Positions 40,462 through 51,314 of a stretch of DNA of 64,000 bases are shown here, piece after piece; the stretch's first letter is position 1, and each line of letters opens with the position of its first letter. A program made the position numbers and the translations under genes. Below the pieces are notes generated by a model. It saw only the letters and a list, made by a program, of their open reading frames with translations. It was not told the origin of the DNA and ran no database searches. Location: NCBI GenBank assembly GCA_965217115.1, contig OZ244239.1:1760001-1824000 (forward strand), written 5' to 3'. The DNA is from Bdellovibrionales bacterium (GTDB lineage: Bacteria > Bdellovibrionota > Bdellovibrionia > Bdellovibrionales > CAYMLA01).

Positions 40462-41298
40462 TTAGAATATAACACCATCAGGAAGTCCTGTGCGTGAAGA
40501 GACGATACGAGTGATTTCTGTAGCTGTTTCCTCTAGAGCTCTCTCAGTGATGTTAAATACAGGCCATCGGCGGTTTTCCTTAAAGAGAGACATTGAATAG
40601 TCAATTTCTTTGTTAATGTAGTTATAACTAGCATACTCTCCACCAGGGTCTTGTCCAAATTTTTGTAAGCGATTACTACGAAATTTTTTTAAATGATCAG
40701 GCTCGATAATTAAACCAATAATTTTTCTTTGATCCACTGCGAATAGTTCTTCTGGTAATGGCGTGTTCAAGACAATGGGAATATTAACAACCTTCCACCC
40801 TTTGTGACTGAGAAAAATAGATAGGGGTGTTTTGCTTGTACGACTTATTCCGACGAGTATAATATCAGCTTCTTCCAAGTTGGCTAAGCATTTTCCATCA
40901 TCACGTTTAACGGTGAATTCAATGGCTTCGATTCTTTTGTAGTATTTTTCATCTACGGCACGTAGGAGTCCAGCTTGGTGAGGGCTATCGCTATTGCCGA
41001 GATAAGTGTCGAGTCCATTTAATAGAGGGCCAAGAATATCTATAACAACTAAACCCTTTTCAGAACAGGAGGATGTGATATGTTTGCGTAGGCTGGGACT
41101 AACCATTGTGTGTAAGATAAGTGCTTGCTGATCAAAGGCATCGTCAATAATGGAATCTATTTGTGAGTCATTGCGGATATTTTTGTAACGAGTGATGTTA
41201 ATATCCGTTTGGTCATACTGGACAAGCGCTGCACGAATAATAGTGGCAGCTGTTTCTCCCGTGCCGTCTGAAATAATAAAAATAGTTGCTTGAGTCAA
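40462..41298 (-). CDS. PPDK/PEP synthase regulatory kinase-phosphotransferase (DUF299)
   Basis: IISDGTGETA, RIEAIEF...DDG, GISRTSKTP. TTG start after AAAAGGA inferred. Confidence 0.92.
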   Translation of the reverse strand: MTQATIFIISDGTGETAATIIRAALVQYDQTDINITRYKNIRNDSQIDSIIDDAFDQQALILHTMVSPSLRKHITSSCSEKGLVVIDILGPLLNGLDTYLGNSDSPHQAGLLRAVDEKYYKRIEAIEFTVKRDDGKCLANLEEADIILVGISRTSKTPLSIFLSHKGWKVVNIPIVLNTPLPEELFAVDQRKIIGLIIEPDHLKKFRSNRLQKFGQDPGGEYASYNYINKEIDYSMSLFKENRRWPVFNITERALEETATEITRIVSSRTGLPDGVIF

Positions 41299-41308
41299 AA
41301 TAATCCTT

Positions 41309-41749
41309 TTATTGGTTAGGGGCAGCGATTGAGACATCAAAAGGGAGGTTTTTGAGGAAAGAGACAGAGTTTTTACTGGTTGCAGTGTCGGGAAGAAAAA
41401 GGCGAACACTCTTAGAGTTTATTTTTTCAACAACTTCTGTTAACTGTTGAAACCATTGGGTTTTTGTTTCGTAGGGAATGATAATTGTCCAACGATTTGG
41501 AAGAAGATCTTGGCTAGCAATCAGCAATGGAGCGGGTGTTTTTAAAGCTGTCTCTTTGAGGTTGAGATCACAGAGAGAGATGGTTTTTTTTAGTGCAGAG
41601 GATTTTTCCCGTGAAGGAAAGGTCTGTCGAATGTGAAAATTGAGATACCAGTTAAGCCTTTGTGTCCACCGTGAGTTGGGGAGGTCCGCTAAAACCCAAA
41701 TATTGTGTCCAGAAGACATGGAGGCAGCATGGGAGAGTTGTTTTAACAT
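41309..41749 (-). CDS. Hypothetical protein
   Basis: 146-aa ORF co-oriented and closely packed between nusB and the DUF299 gene. Confidence 0.65.
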   Translation of the reverse strand: MLKQLSHAASMSSGHNIWVLADLPNSRWTQRLNWYLNFHIRQTFPSREKSSALKKTISLCDLNLKETALKTPAPLLIASQDLLPNRWTIIIPYETKTQWFQQLTEVVEKINSKSVRLFLPDTATSKNSVSFLKNLPFDVSIAAPNQ

Positions 41750-41756
41750 AGAAACT

Positions 41757-42173
41757 CTAGGAGATCATTTCTTTAGCTATGGAGTCAAGCAAGGCATTAA
41801 CAAAGGCCTTAGAATCAGTTGTGCCATATACCTTAGCCAACTCTACGGCCTCGTTAATGGCTATGCTAGGCTTTAAATTTTCATAGAGCATTTCGTAAGT
41901 GGCCAAGCGCATGAGATTAAGATCTATAACGGACATACGCTGAACCTTCCATTTAGGACTCATGGCTTGAATTTTATTATCAATATCGGCTCTGTTTTTT
42001 AAGACACCATCAACAAGTTTTTTGGAGAAGTTCACAGCATCGGCAGAGAGGTCATTATTATTGACGGTTTCCACTAATTGGCTCGAAATCTCATAGTCCG
42101 TATTTTTTATAATTGTTTTTTGGTATAAAGTTTGTAGTGCGAGCCTTCTGCCGAGACTTTTGTGATTCTCCAT
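41757..42173 (-). CDS. nusB: Transcription antitermination factor NusB
   Basis: RRLALQTLYQ, IAINEAVELAKVYG, FVNALLD. Confidence 0.93.
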   Translation of the reverse strand: MENHKSLGRRLALQTLYQKTIIKNTDYEISSQLVETVNNNDLSADAVNFSKKLVDGVLKNRADIDNKIQAMSPKWKVQRMSVIDLNLMRLATYEMLYENLKPSIAINEAVELAKVYGTTDSKAFVNALLDSIAKEMIS

Positions 42174-42183
42174 GACGAAGCTT

Positions 42184-42681
42184 TTATTGATCTTGTTGTA
42201 GAGAAGGAAGTTGCTGTGGAAACTGAGCTGTTGTTTTTTTCTCTCGTTGCAGACTTTCAACAAACTCGTTCACATCTTGGAAAGTCTTATACACACTAGC
42301 GAAACGAACATAAGCAACACCATCGAGGCGACGAAGTTCGTTCATGACCTGATGTCCAACATCTTGGGAGGATATTTCTTTTTCACCAATATTTAAGGCC
42401 CAGCTAGCAATGTTCTCAACGACTGTTTCCATTTGCGCTAAACTGATGGGTCGTTTTTGACAAGCCATTTGGATTCCTTTATAGATTTTCTCTTTCATAA
42501 AGGGTTCTTTTTCGTTCGTTTTTTTCATGATGTAGGGATAGGCGAGCATTAAAACTTCTTGGGTTGTAAAGCGTCCTTTACATGAAAGACATTCACGGCG
42601 GCGTTTTATTATTCCACCATCTTTCTGTGCCCTTGTATCTAGTACTCTATCTTCGATATGGCCGCAAAATGGACATTTCAT
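42184..42681 (-). CDS. nrdR: Transcriptional repressor NrdR
   Basis: MKCPFCG, RRRECLSC..RFTT, VAYVRFASVY. Confidence 0.97.
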   Translation of the reverse strand: MKCPFCGHIEDRVLDTRAQKDGGIIKRRRECLSCKGRFTTQEVLMLAYPYIMKKTNEKEPFMKEKIYKGIQMACQKRPISLAQMETVVENIASWALNIGEKEISSQDVGHQVMNELRRLDGVAYVRFASVYKTFQDVNEFVESLQREKKTTAQFPQQLPSLQQDQ

Positions 42682-42890
42682 GGAATCCTCCCAGGATGAG
42701 CTGTGTCAATTTATGGGATAGGAGCAGACAGGTCAATGCTAAGAACATAATGCATAGAGTTATTTGCTATTCAGGTGATACTCTCAAAGAGAGGTCTGAA
42801 GTATGGAAGCAATAGCATCTAGAGTGTGAACGTGATACCTAAGGAAAGCTGAATAGTTACAATAAAATAATAGGTGGAGAGGTAGGGATC

Positions 42891-43520
42891 TTGAAAAGTT
42901 GTATTCTTTTTATTTTGAGTGCTGTCATGGGAGTTTTCTTTAACGTGTCTGCTGTTGCGGAAAGTAGGAAGCCACTTGTAGGTAAAAAGGCGGCACAGAA
43001 ATATTTTCAAAGCGATGTTCAAGACAGAGAGCGGTTAGGAAATGGAGAGAGATATTTTAATATACATTTAGGAGGGTTTACAGATTCTGTAAGCTATGCT
43101 TGGAATGGGCAAAGAAAGGTTGAGGGGTTAGGTCGAAGGAATTACGGTGTCACTTATCTTTTAGATAATTGGACGCGAGGGATGGACCTCTCTTTGCGTG
43201 TAGAGTTAACTTCTTTCTATCTTGAGGAAGAAGATATTTTAAAGATGTCTCTGTTGCCATTGATAACATTTCCTCAATTTAAAACAGGTTTTCCTCTTTA
43301 TTTAGGGTTTGGAATTGGGCCGGGAGTATTTTTTAAACAACTTTCTGAGTCGTCAAATTTATCTTTAGATTATCAACTAGTATTTGGTGTTCGCATGATT
43401 GATGTTCTAGGGAGTATGGGCTTCTTTGTAGAGTCGGGACTAAAAAATCATCTTCATTTATTGTCTGAAGGGCAATTCAATGGGCTCTTTGTATCAATCG
43501 GGGCCGTATTTACGTTTTGA
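42891..43520 (+). CDS. Secreted/outer-membrane beta-barrel-like hypothetical protein
   Basis: Signal peptide, amphipathic beta pattern, C-terminal GAVFTF. Confidence 0.65.
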   Translation: MKSCILFILSAVMGVFFNVSAVAESRKPLVGKKAAQKYFQSDVQDRERLGNGERYFNIHLGGFTDSVSYAWNGQRKVEGLGRRNYGVTYLLDNWTRGMDLSLRVELTSFYLEEEDILKMSLLPLITFPQFKTGFPLYLGFGIGPGVFFKQLSESSNLSLDYQLVFGVRMIDVLGSMGFFVESGLKNHLHLLSEGQFNGLFVSIGAVFTF

Positions 43521-43532
43521 AGCTATGTTTAG

Positions 43533-44771
43533 TTGGAGGTCATTTTGAGGTTACATCGCCATTTGGTGCGTGAAGTAGCTCAGACTTTGAAAGTTATCTT
43601 TTCAGAGAGAATTTATGCAGATAAGGCTATTGAAAAAGCGTTTTATCAGCATAAAAAATGGGGAGCAAGGGATCGGCGTTTTTTTGCTGAGACAGTTTAT
43701 GAGCTTGTGCGTTGGTGGCGCTACTATTGGGCGATACTTGAGGATCAACTGGATTTAGAAGAAGAAAATTCCTTGGAAGGTGTGTACCGTGTTTTGGCTT
43801 GCTGGTGGTTGTCTAAGGGAAACACACTACCCGATTGGGAAGAGTTTGCCGAGGCTATAAAGTGGGAAAAGATAGATAGTCATGTTCATCAACTAGCTAG
43901 TGAGTTTTCAAGGGCGGATCGAGAGTCTATTCCTCTGTGGCTAGATCAATTGGGTGAGCAGGAGTTAGGAGATCGATGGCCTGATATTTTGCGAAGTATG
44001 AACCGTCCAGCCAAAGTGTATTTGCGTACGAATGAGCTTCGCACAACTCCAGAGATTTTACAGGAAAGGTTGCAGTCGGAAGGAGTTGAAACTGAGAGGC
44101 TTGATGATGTTGCTGGTGGGCTTGTTCTCACTGAGCGCAAGAATGTTTTTATCACTGAGGTATTTAAAAAAGGTTTCTTTGAAGTTCAAGATGGAGCTTC
44201 ACAGATGATAGCACCTTTTTTGCAAGTTTCTCCAGGGATGAGAGTGGTGGATGCTTGCGCGGGTGCGGGTGGAAAGTCATTGCATTTGGCTCAGTTACTA
44301 GAAAATCGAGGTCGATTAATTTGTATGGATATCTATGAAAGAAAACTTGTTGAACTAAGAAGGAGAGTTCGACGCGCAGGTGTGACGGTGAGTGATGTGC
44401 GTTTGATTGATGGCACGAAAGTTATTAAACGATTATATGATTCTGCAGATAGGGTTTTGTTAGATGTGCCCTGCTCGGGCTTGGGGGTTTTACGGCGTAA
44501 TCCTGATAGCAAATGGAAGTTAGAGAAAGAGAGAGTCACAGAGTTGCAAGAGTTACAATCAGATATTTTACGTCGTTATTCAAAGATGGTAAAAAAGGGT
44601 GGGAAGCTAGTTTATGCGACTTGTAGTGTGCTTCCTTCCGAGAATGAGAGACAAATAGAGAGTTTTGTGAAAGAGCAACCAGAATGGGAAGTTGAGGAGT
44701 TTTTAAGACTTGATCCTGATAAGACTGATTTTGATGGTTTCTTTGCCTGTCGCTTGAAGAGAGATTTGTAG
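43533..44771 (+). CDS. RsmB/NOP family RNA m5C methyltransferase
   Basis: EVQDGASQ, DACAGAGGK, LDVPCSG, YATCS. Confidence 0.93.
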   Translation: MEVILRLHRHLVREVAQTLKVIFSERIYADKAIEKAFYQHKKWGARDRRFFAETVYELVRWWRYYWAILEDQLDLEEENSLEGVYRVLACWWLSKGNTLPDWEEFAEAIKWEKIDSHVHQLASEFSRADRESIPLWLDQLGEQELGDRWPDILRSMNRPAKVYLRTNELRTTPEILQERLQSEGVETERLDDVAGGLVLTERKNVFITEVFKKGFFEVQDGASQMIAPFLQVSPGMRVVDACAGAGGKSLHLAQLLENRGRLICMDIYERKLVELRRRVRRAGVTVSDVRLIDGTKVIKRLYDSADRVLLDVPCSGLGVLRRNPDSKWKLEKERVTELQELQSDILRRYSKMVKKGGKLVYATCSVLPSENERQIESFVKEQPEWEVEEFLRLDPDKTDFDGFFACRLKRDL

Positions 44772-44816
44772 CTGATTTTTCTTGCTCTGGTGTCATAAAT
44801 CGGTCACAACCAATTT

Positions 44817-45596
44817 ATGAATATTGAGTATATCAGAGTTATATTCTTTTTAGGTGGTTTCACTGTCTTCTTTTTTTGGGGGTGTTTATTTCCATTTAGA
44901 GAGCCTCAAGCAGAGGACCGCTTACGTTGGTTCAATAATATTTTTTTAACATTGTTTAATACGCTTGTGATTAAGATATTCTTTGGTGTCTTCTTGCTGC
45001 AAACGATCCAATGGAATTTAGAACATAATTTACCTGTTGTGAATCTGTCATCTTTACCAGTGTGGTTGAACGTCATGCTCTCTGTTTTGATTTTTGATTT
45101 TGTTATTTACTGGCAGCATCTATTTTTCCACAGAGTTCCTTGGCTTTGGAAATTGCATCGAGTGCATCATACGGATACAAATTACGACACGACGACAGCA
45201 CTTAGATTCCATACGATTGAAATAATCCTATCTATTTTTGTGAAGGCAGGAGTTGTTTTGTTTTTTGGTATGTCTATGTGGAGTGTCATTGTTTTTGAGG
45301 TTTTATTGAATTTCAGTGCGATGTTTAATCACGGAAACTTTTCTTTAAATATATCTGTAGATAGAATGTTAAGAAAATTAATTGTGACACCTGAATTCCA
45401 TCGAGTTCACCATACAAATCATCCTGAGGAGATAAATTCTAATTATGGATTTTGCCTATCTATATGGGATTATTTATTTATGAGCTATCGTTATAAACCT
45501 TATAAAGAACAATTAAAAATGAAAATGGGGCTCGATTCTTTCCGTAGTCGGAAGAGCCAGGGTTTTTTACGATTACTTCGCCAGCCTTTTGCCTGA
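44817..45596 (+). CDS. Sterol desaturase/fatty acid hydroxylase family protein
   Basis: His boxes YWQHLFFH, LHRVHH, FNH, FHRVHH; NYG. Confidence 0.9.
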   Translation: MNIEYIRVIFFLGGFTVFFFWGCLFPFREPQAEDRLRWFNNIFLTLFNTLVIKIFFGVFLLQTIQWNLEHNLPVVNLSSLPVWLNVMLSVLIFDFVIYWQHLFFHRVPWLWKLHRVHHTDTNYDTTTALRFHTIEIILSIFVKAGVVLFFGMSMWSVIVFEVLLNFSAMFNHGNFSLNISVDRMLRKLIVTPEFHRVHHTNHPEEINSNYGFCLSIWDYLFMSYRYKPYKEQLKMKMGLDSFRSRKSQGFLRLLRQPFA

Positions 45597-45716
45597 GTGG
45601 TTTAAGACGATAGGACTATGAAAAAATTACAAAGAAGGGTTGGAGACCTAACGAGGCCTTTTTTATTGATATTCTACCGCAAGAAGATTATTCAGGTTTA
45701 AGTTTACGGGGGGAAA

Positions 45717-46379
45717 ATGAGGGCATCACTCTTTGCGTATTTTTACATAGTGAGCTGTTTTTTCTGTGTTATTCAAACTCAGGGTTATGAGATTAACGGC
45801 ATAGAAAAACGGGATATAAATTCTTTGACTATTAAAAATGGTCAAATTGTTTTGGGTGAGTACAGTGGGGAAGTAGAACGTCACTTTAGCGATAGTTTTA
45901 CGGGTGAAGGACAAATAAAAAAATGCTCCTCTGGAATCAATTTAGATTTTAGTGACGGTTTTATCAATTATTGGTATGGCATATTTTGTGAAGAAGTCAA
46001 TGAGTTAACTTTTCGTTTACAGCAGGTTGGGGAAGATCTATTTCTAGTAAATGAGTTTGATCGTCGAAAGAAACTTGTTGGAAAGAGAGTGGGCTTAAAA
46101 TACGCTATTAGTTTTGACTGGGTTAGGCATCGAGATTTTTCTTGGAATCCAAGAGAGGAGTCTTCTGCTTGTCAAAGTAAGATTGTTAGGGTCGCACTTA
46201 AAGAAAGGGTGTCTTATGTATTTGATTTATCAGTGGAGGGAAAAATTAAGTACGAAAGTTATTTCGAGAAGGAATACCTCCCATATTTACAAATTAACGA
46301 ATGCTGGGATGGCAGTGAAGCTGAACGCTTTGTTTATAAGAAAGGGCAAAAGGATATAGGAGAGTTGTTTAAAAAATGA
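45717..46379 (+). CDS. Secreted hypothetical protein
   Basis: 220-aa ORF with a signal-like N-terminus; overlaps the next gene's start. Confidence 0.6.
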   Translation: MRASLFAYFYIVSCFFCVIQTQGYEINGIEKRDINSLTIKNGQIVLGEYSGEVERHFSDSFTGEGQIKKCSSGINLDFSDGFINYWYGIFCEEVNELTFRLQQVGEDLFLVNEFDRRKKLVGKRVGLKYAISFDWVRHRDFSWNPREESSACQSKIVRVALKERVSYVFDLSVEGKIKYESYFEKEYLPYLQINECWDGSEAERFVYKKGQKDIGELFKK

Positions 46380-47125
46380 TGGAAGAATCTTATTCCTTTG
46401 ATAGACGTGAAAAGGTGTTTCTTGTTTTAGCAGCTTTTTTTCTTGGCTCAATGACTATGCTAAATGTTGTGGGGATCACACGTTTTATACAGTTGGGCCC
46501 CCTAGCTTTAGCTGTAGGAGTTTTGCCCTATCCTTTGACTTTTTTGTGTACGGATTTAGTGAGTGAACTCTACGGTAGGAAGCGAGCTACCTTTTTAGTT
46601 TGGGTGGGGTTGGCGCTGAATATTTTTGTTATTTTGATGATGTATCTTGGGGATATCTTACCCGATGTTGCTGAGAGCAATATGCCACCATGGCAAAGAA
46701 TCTTTGTTGCCAAGCCTATTGCCCTACCAACGGGAGAGGTGATAGAGGGGCAAACTCAGTTGTTCCATATGATTTATGCCTGTACAGCAGGCTCTATCTT
46801 TGCTTCTATGGTTGCATATTTGACGGCTCAATTTTGTGATGTACAACTATTTCATTTCTGGAAGAGGGTGACAAAGGGAAAACATTTATGGTTGCGAAAT
46901 AATCTAAGCACCTTAGTAAGTCAATTGGTCGACTCCTTTGCAGTTATAAGCATTACCTTTGGAGCGATTTTTTTGCGAGGAGAGATGGAACTAGCTGCTG
47001 TTCTAACACTTATGGGAAGTAATTATTTATTTAAAATGGTGGCCGCGTTACTAGATACTATCCCTTTTTATTTTTGCGTACATTATCTCTCTGGCTACCT
47101 ATCAATTAAAGAAAGTCAGAATTAA
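46376..47125 (+). CDS. Queuosine precursor transporter (YhhQ/VUT family)
   Basis: YPLTFLCTDLVSELYG, ASMVAYLTAQFCDV, WLRNNLST.VSQLVDS. Confidence 0.92.
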   Translation: MMEESYSFDRREKVFLVLAAFFLGSMTMLNVVGITRFIQLGPLALAVGVLPYPLTFLCTDLVSELYGRKRATFLVWVGLALNIFVILMMYLGDILPDVAESNMPPWQRIFVAKPIALPTGEVIEGQTQLFHMIYACTAGSIFASMVAYLTAQFCDVQLFHFWKRVTKGKHLWLRNNLSTLVSQLVDSFAVISITFGAIFLRGEMELAAVLTLMGSNYLFKMVAALLDTIPFYFCVHYLSGYLSIKESQN

Positions 47126-47492
47126 AGGCGTGGGGTAGCAATTTTTGTAAAGAGTATGTTTTTTTATCCCCTTGAGTAGAGTGACAGTGGATGGGAGTGT
47201 CTGGTTGAGCAAACTCTACAATAGTTTGGCGGCACATACCACAGGGAGGCCATGCTTCTTTTCCGTCTGTAACGATGAGGATTTCTACGATATTTTTTTG
47301 TCCCTTAGCCACAGCTTGGCAAATGGCATTGCGTTCGGCACAGATGGTGGCTCCGTAGGAGGCGTTTTCGACATTGCATCCGCTAAAGACACCTCCATCG
47401 TCAGTCCGTACGGCAGCGCCGACAAGACATTGGCTGTAGGGGGCGTGGGCATTTTTTTTGGCTTCGAGGGCTGCTTGGAGTAGATCTTCCAT
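47106..47492 (-). CDS. cdd: Cytidine deaminase
   Basis: APYS, GCNVENASYG, CAERNA, PCGMCRQ. Confidence 0.96.
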   Translation of the reverse strand: MEDLLQAALEAKKNAHAPYSQCLVGAAVRTDDGGVFSGCNVENASYGATICAERNAICQAVAKGQKNIVEILIVTDGKEAWPPCGMCRQTIVEFAQPDTPIHCHSTQGDKKTYSLQKLLPHAFNSDFL

Positions 47493-47502
47493 GGGGGCTC
47501 CT

Positions 47503-48084
47503 TTAAGGAATTTGATATCCTAAGTTTATAAGAACTTGGGTGAGTTGAATCAGGGGAATACCCATGATCGCCGATTGGTCTTGGCTGTCAATATTTTCAA
47601 AGAGAGTGATGCCTGATTTTTCGAGTTTATAAGATCCAGCACAATTAAAGGGTTGATCGAGATCGAGATACCGTTTTAGAGATGCCTCATCTAAGGGTCT
47701 CATTTTTAGAGATGTTATATCGCTAAAGACTTGCTGATTTTGTGGTGAGAGAACAGCGATGGAGGTGATGAGCTTGTGGGTTTGTCCTGAAAGGAGGAGA
47801 AGCTGTTTTAGAGCTGTTTCTGGGGACATAGGTTTGTCGAGTATTTCATTGTCTATGTGAGCCAGTTGATCACCACCAATGACACAGGAGTTTGGATGAA
47901 GGTGAAAAATTTTTTTAGCCTTGGCCAAGGCGAGTGATTCGGCGATCTCTAGTGGAGAGGTGTGTTTTTTTTTGAAAGAAGACTCTTCGAGATGGGGATT
48001 GACACAGGTAAATGGAATATTAAGCCTCTTGAGAAGTGTTTTTCTGTAGGGAGATTGGCTGGCTAGGATAAGGGAGTAGGACAT
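47503..48084 (-). CDS. Maf family nucleotide pyrophosphatase
   Basis: LILASQSPYR, GGDQ, ILDKP, CAGSYKLE. Start taken at ATG 48084. Confidence 0.92.
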   Translation of the reverse strand: MSYSLILASQSPYRKTLLKRLNIPFTCVNPHLEESSFKKKHTSPLEIAESLALAKAKKIFHLHPNSCVIGGDQLAHIDNEILDKPMSPETALKQLLLLSGQTHKLITSIAVLSPQNQQVFSDITSLKMRPLDEASLKRYLDLDQPFNCAGSYKLEKSGITLFENIDSQDQSAIMGIPLIQLTQVLINLGYQIP

Positions 48085-48222
48085 ACATTTTCTTATCAAG
48101 TGCCAGGGCTGTTGTCCCTTCTTACATGAAATAACACGCCGCGTAAAAGCATAACACAGTGGCCCAATTTGGTTATCTCTGCTAACGTCTGCGGCTTTAC
48201 AATGGATGTTTGTGCGATGTTG

Positions 48223-49134
48223 ATGGAAATGCCAGATATAGCAAGGCAAAAGGAAGTCGTCCTAGTTGGAGCTTTAGATAAAGTGGGGATGACGAATATA
48301 GAGATCCCTTTGCGTTTTCTTAATAGCTCGAATCAGGAACTATTGACTCCTGCAAGTTGCGATATTTTTGTCTCTTTGGATGATCCTAATGCTAGGGGAA
48401 TTCATATGTCGCGGCTTTACTTGTCTTTGAGTGAAACTCTTGCGGAGAAACCCTTAAGTTTTAAGATTTTAAAAAATCTATTGATTGAGTTTAAGAGGAG
48501 CCATGAGAGCGTTAGTCAGAGTAGTTACATAAAAATTAATTTTAACTTAATGGAGCGTAGGTCTGCATTAAAAAGTAAGAATAGTGGCTGGAGATCCTAC
48601 CCAGTCGAATATAGAGCGAGTTATGAGAAAGGTGTATTTACCTATGAAATTCAGACAGAGGTTATCTATTCTAGCACGTGTCCCTGTTCGGCGGCTCTAT
48701 CTCGCCAAATTATTCAGAAAAATTTCTTGAAGCATTTTACATCAGATCAAGTGAGTATTGAAGATGTTCATCAATGGCTGGGAAGTTCTAAGGGCATTAA
48801 TGCAACACCTCATAGTCAAAGAAGTCATGCGACTGTTCTTATTAAAATTTCTGATGCAGAGGTTGATATCAGACCTATAGATTTGATTAATGTTATTGAG
48901 AAGATTTTGAAGACTCCAGTGCAAACAGTGGTTAAGCGAGAGGATGAGCAAGAATTTGCACGTTTAAATGGAGAGAACCTAATGTTCTGTGAAGATGCTG
49001 GAAGAAGAGTAAAGAAAATGCTCGATCAAGATCAGCGTATTGTTGATTATCGCGTACAAATTAATCATGCTGAGAGTTTACACCCCCATGATGCTGTAAG
49101 TATTGTGACTAAAGGGATTGGCTATCGCTCTTAA
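48223..49134 (+). CDS. folE2: GTP cyclohydrolase I type B (FolE2)
   Basis: RGIHMSRL, STCPCS, PHSQRS, VKREDE, FCED, ESLHPHDA. Confidence 0.95.
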   Translation: MEMPDIARQKEVVLVGALDKVGMTNIEIPLRFLNSSNQELLTPASCDIFVSLDDPNARGIHMSRLYLSLSETLAEKPLSFKILKNLLIEFKRSHESVSQSSYIKINFNLMERRSALKSKNSGWRSYPVEYRASYEKGVFTYEIQTEVIYSSTCPCSAALSRQIIQKNFLKHFTSDQVSIEDVHQWLGSSKGINATPHSQRSHATVLIKISDAEVDIRPIDLINVIEKILKTPVQTVVKREDEQEFARLNGENLMFCEDAGRRVKKMLDQDQRIVDYRVQINHAESLHPHDAVSIVTKGIGYRS

Positions 49135-49153
49135 ACTCTCGATAATGACTTAA

Positions 49154-49186
49154 GCGTGTTTCAAAAGAATTTATTTTAAAACACGC
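49154..49186. terminator. Hairpin between convergent genes
   Basis: GCGTGTTT...AAACACGC inverted repeat. Confidence 0.55.
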
Positions 49187-49221
49187 CTAAGCTGCTACAA
49201 GAAATGACTGCCTTTGAAAAA

Positions 49222-50499
49222 TCAAATAGTTATAGTTGCGGGAAACAATTCATCTATGTTTATTTTATAGGATTTTATACGATCGTTTAATGTACTCTTA
49301 GGCAGTCCCAATGCTGCGGCTGTTTGTCGCTGGTTTCCTCTGTTGGCTTTAAGGAATTTCAGGATCATTTTTTTCTCCATTTGCTTAATAATGGATAAGC
49401 CGTTCTTCTTATCAAATCCTTCTTTGAGTGATGGGGATTCGATGTTTTCTTTGAAGCATCTGTCAATCAATGAAGGAATGTGTTCTTTGAGGACACGTTT
49501 TTCCTTGTAAAGGGCTGAAGCCCTTAGAATCGTATTTTTTAACTCACGAATGTTTCCGGGCCAAGAGTGTTTTTTTAACTCTTCTATCGCGTCATGTGAA
49601 AAACAGGCGTGGTTATTTTTGCAAAATTGAAATAGCAGAGATTCAAAGTCCTCCATACGTTCGATCAATGATGGAGGCGTGATTTGTAGAATGGCTAAAC
49701 GGTAGTACAGATCTGCACGAAAAGTTCCCTGTTGTACTTTTTTCTGTAGATTCTGATGGGTGGCTGCGAGAATACGAGTGTCTGTTGTAATAGAATGATC
49801 GCTGCCGACGGGTTTGATTTCTTGGTTTTCAAGGGCTCTAAGAAGTTTTGCCTGTAGATTGGGAGAGAGATCACCTATTTCATCGAGAAAAAGAGTGCCG
49901 TTACGAGCCGTTTCAAAAGCTCCTTTGCGATCACCCGTGGCACCAGTGAAGCTTCCCCTAACATGACCAAAGAGTTCGCTTTCGATAAGAGACTCAGATA
50001 AGGCGCAGCAGTTGACGCTGATAAAAGGGCCTTTTTTTCTTGGAGAAAGACGGTGTATTTCATTGGCTAGAATATCTTTTCCTGTCCCAGATGGACCGAG
50101 AAGAAGAATGGAAAAATTATTATCAGCTAATCGTGGCAGGGAGAGTAGCTGCTCCTGCCATTTTTGATTGTGACTAGATAATTGACATTCGGGGAGTTTT
50201 CGAGTGTGAAAGGAGAGAGTTTGTTCTCCTATTTGTATAGAGTCTCCGTGGTGTAGGTGGGCCTCTAAAATTTGAGTTCCATTGACGTAGGTTCCTGTGG
50301 CAGAGCGAAGATCACGAATAATAAAACCCTGGGGTTTTGCCTCAATTCTCGCGTGCCTTGGAGAGACAGAGCTGTCTTCGTCAAAGGACAGTTGATTGAT
50401 GGGGTCTTGCCCGATGGTGAACAATTCAGAGATTGAGAGGCATTCTTTTTTTCTGTCCTGATTCCAGATGAGGACTGGGGTATTACTTTCTTTTTGCAT
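49222..50499 (-). CDS. FHA-domain sigma54-dependent transcriptional activator
   Basis: FHA (VSPRHA, DLRSATGTYVNG), GPSGTGKD, ESELFGH..GSFTGA, FRADLYYRL, WPGNIREL, C-terminal HTH. Confidence 0.95.
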   Translation of the reverse strand: MQKESNTPVLIWNQDRKKECLSISELFTIGQDPINQLSFDEDSSVSPRHARIEAKPQGFIIRDLRSATGTYVNGTQILEAHLHHGDSIQIGEQTLSFHTRKLPECQLSSHNQKWQEQLLSLPRLADNNFSILLLGPSGTGKDILANEIHRLSPRKKGPFISVNCCALSESLIESELFGHVRGSFTGATGDRKGAFETARNGTLFLDEIGDLSPNLQAKLLRALENQEIKPVGSDHSITTDTRILAATHQNLQKKVQQGTFRADLYYRLAILQITPPSLIERMEDFESLLFQFCKNNHACFSHDAIEELKKHSWPGNIRELKNTILRASALYKEKRVLKEHIPSLIDRCFKENIESPSLKEGFDKKNGLSIIKQMEKKMILKFLKANRGNQRQTAAALGLPKSTLNDRIKSYKINIDELFPATITI

Positions 50500-50735
50500 G
50501 GGATCTCCTTGGTATCAAAAATTAGTAGGTTTTGTGAATGTTCTTAAGGATTGAGCTAACCAAGATTGATGCCAGCCTATTGCCCGCCTTAATAGACTCA
50601 AATGTAAATAAATGCTGTCTCAGAGAGAGGAGGTCATTGTAAAATCTATGTGTCTAGAATGCTGGTCTTAAAATATGGAAAAGATGTTTGAAAAACACTT
50701 TAAGTGTATGTTATATCCAGGAAAATGGGATTTGT

Positions 50736-51314
50736 ATGAAGCTGACTTTTGTAACCAGTGCCACCGATCCTAGGGGTTACCCTGAGGATTCTCGCCCCGA
50801 GATTGCCATTACTGGACGCTCGAATGCGGGGAAGTCTTCTCTGATCAACGCTATTGCAGGAAAGCCTATTGCTAAAGTGAGTTCCACACCAGGAAAGACT
50901 CGTCTGCTTAATTTTTTCAATGTGGGTGAGCATTATCGCCTTGTGGACATGCCAGGTTATGGTTATGCAGCTAGGGAGCAGGGAGAGGTGCACGATTGGC
51001 AGAAAATGATTGAGAGTTTCTTTTCTGTGCGTTTTCAATTAAAAGGCATGGTTTTAGTGATGGATATACGTCGACCTTGGAGTGAGGATGAACAAAATTT
51101 AGTGGATTGGGTGAATCAGTGTGGAGTCTCCACTTATGTGGTTTTGACCAAGATGGATAAATTGAGAAAGGGCCCCATCAAGCAAGCCGTTGAAAAACTA
51201 AAAAATGAAAAGATAAATTATGTGCATGCACTGTCGTCATTAAGTCGAACAGGAGTTGCTGAATTTGAAAAACAAATATTTGAGTTATGGATTAAAGAGG
51301 GGTTAGAGAAGTGA
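50736..51314 (+). CDS. engB: Ribosome biogenesis GTPase YihA/EngB
   Basis: GRSNAGKSSLIN, TPGKT, DMPGYG, TKMDK. Confidence 0.95.
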   Translation: MKLTFVTSATDPRGYPEDSRPEIAITGRSNAGKSSLINAIAGKPIAKVSSTPGKTRLLNFFNVGEHYRLVDMPGYGYAAREQGEVHDWQKMIESFFSVRFQLKGMVLVMDIRRPWSEDEQNLVDWVNQCGVSTYVVLTKMDKLRKGPIKQAVEKLKNEKINYVHALSSLSRTGVAEFEKQIFELWIKEGLEK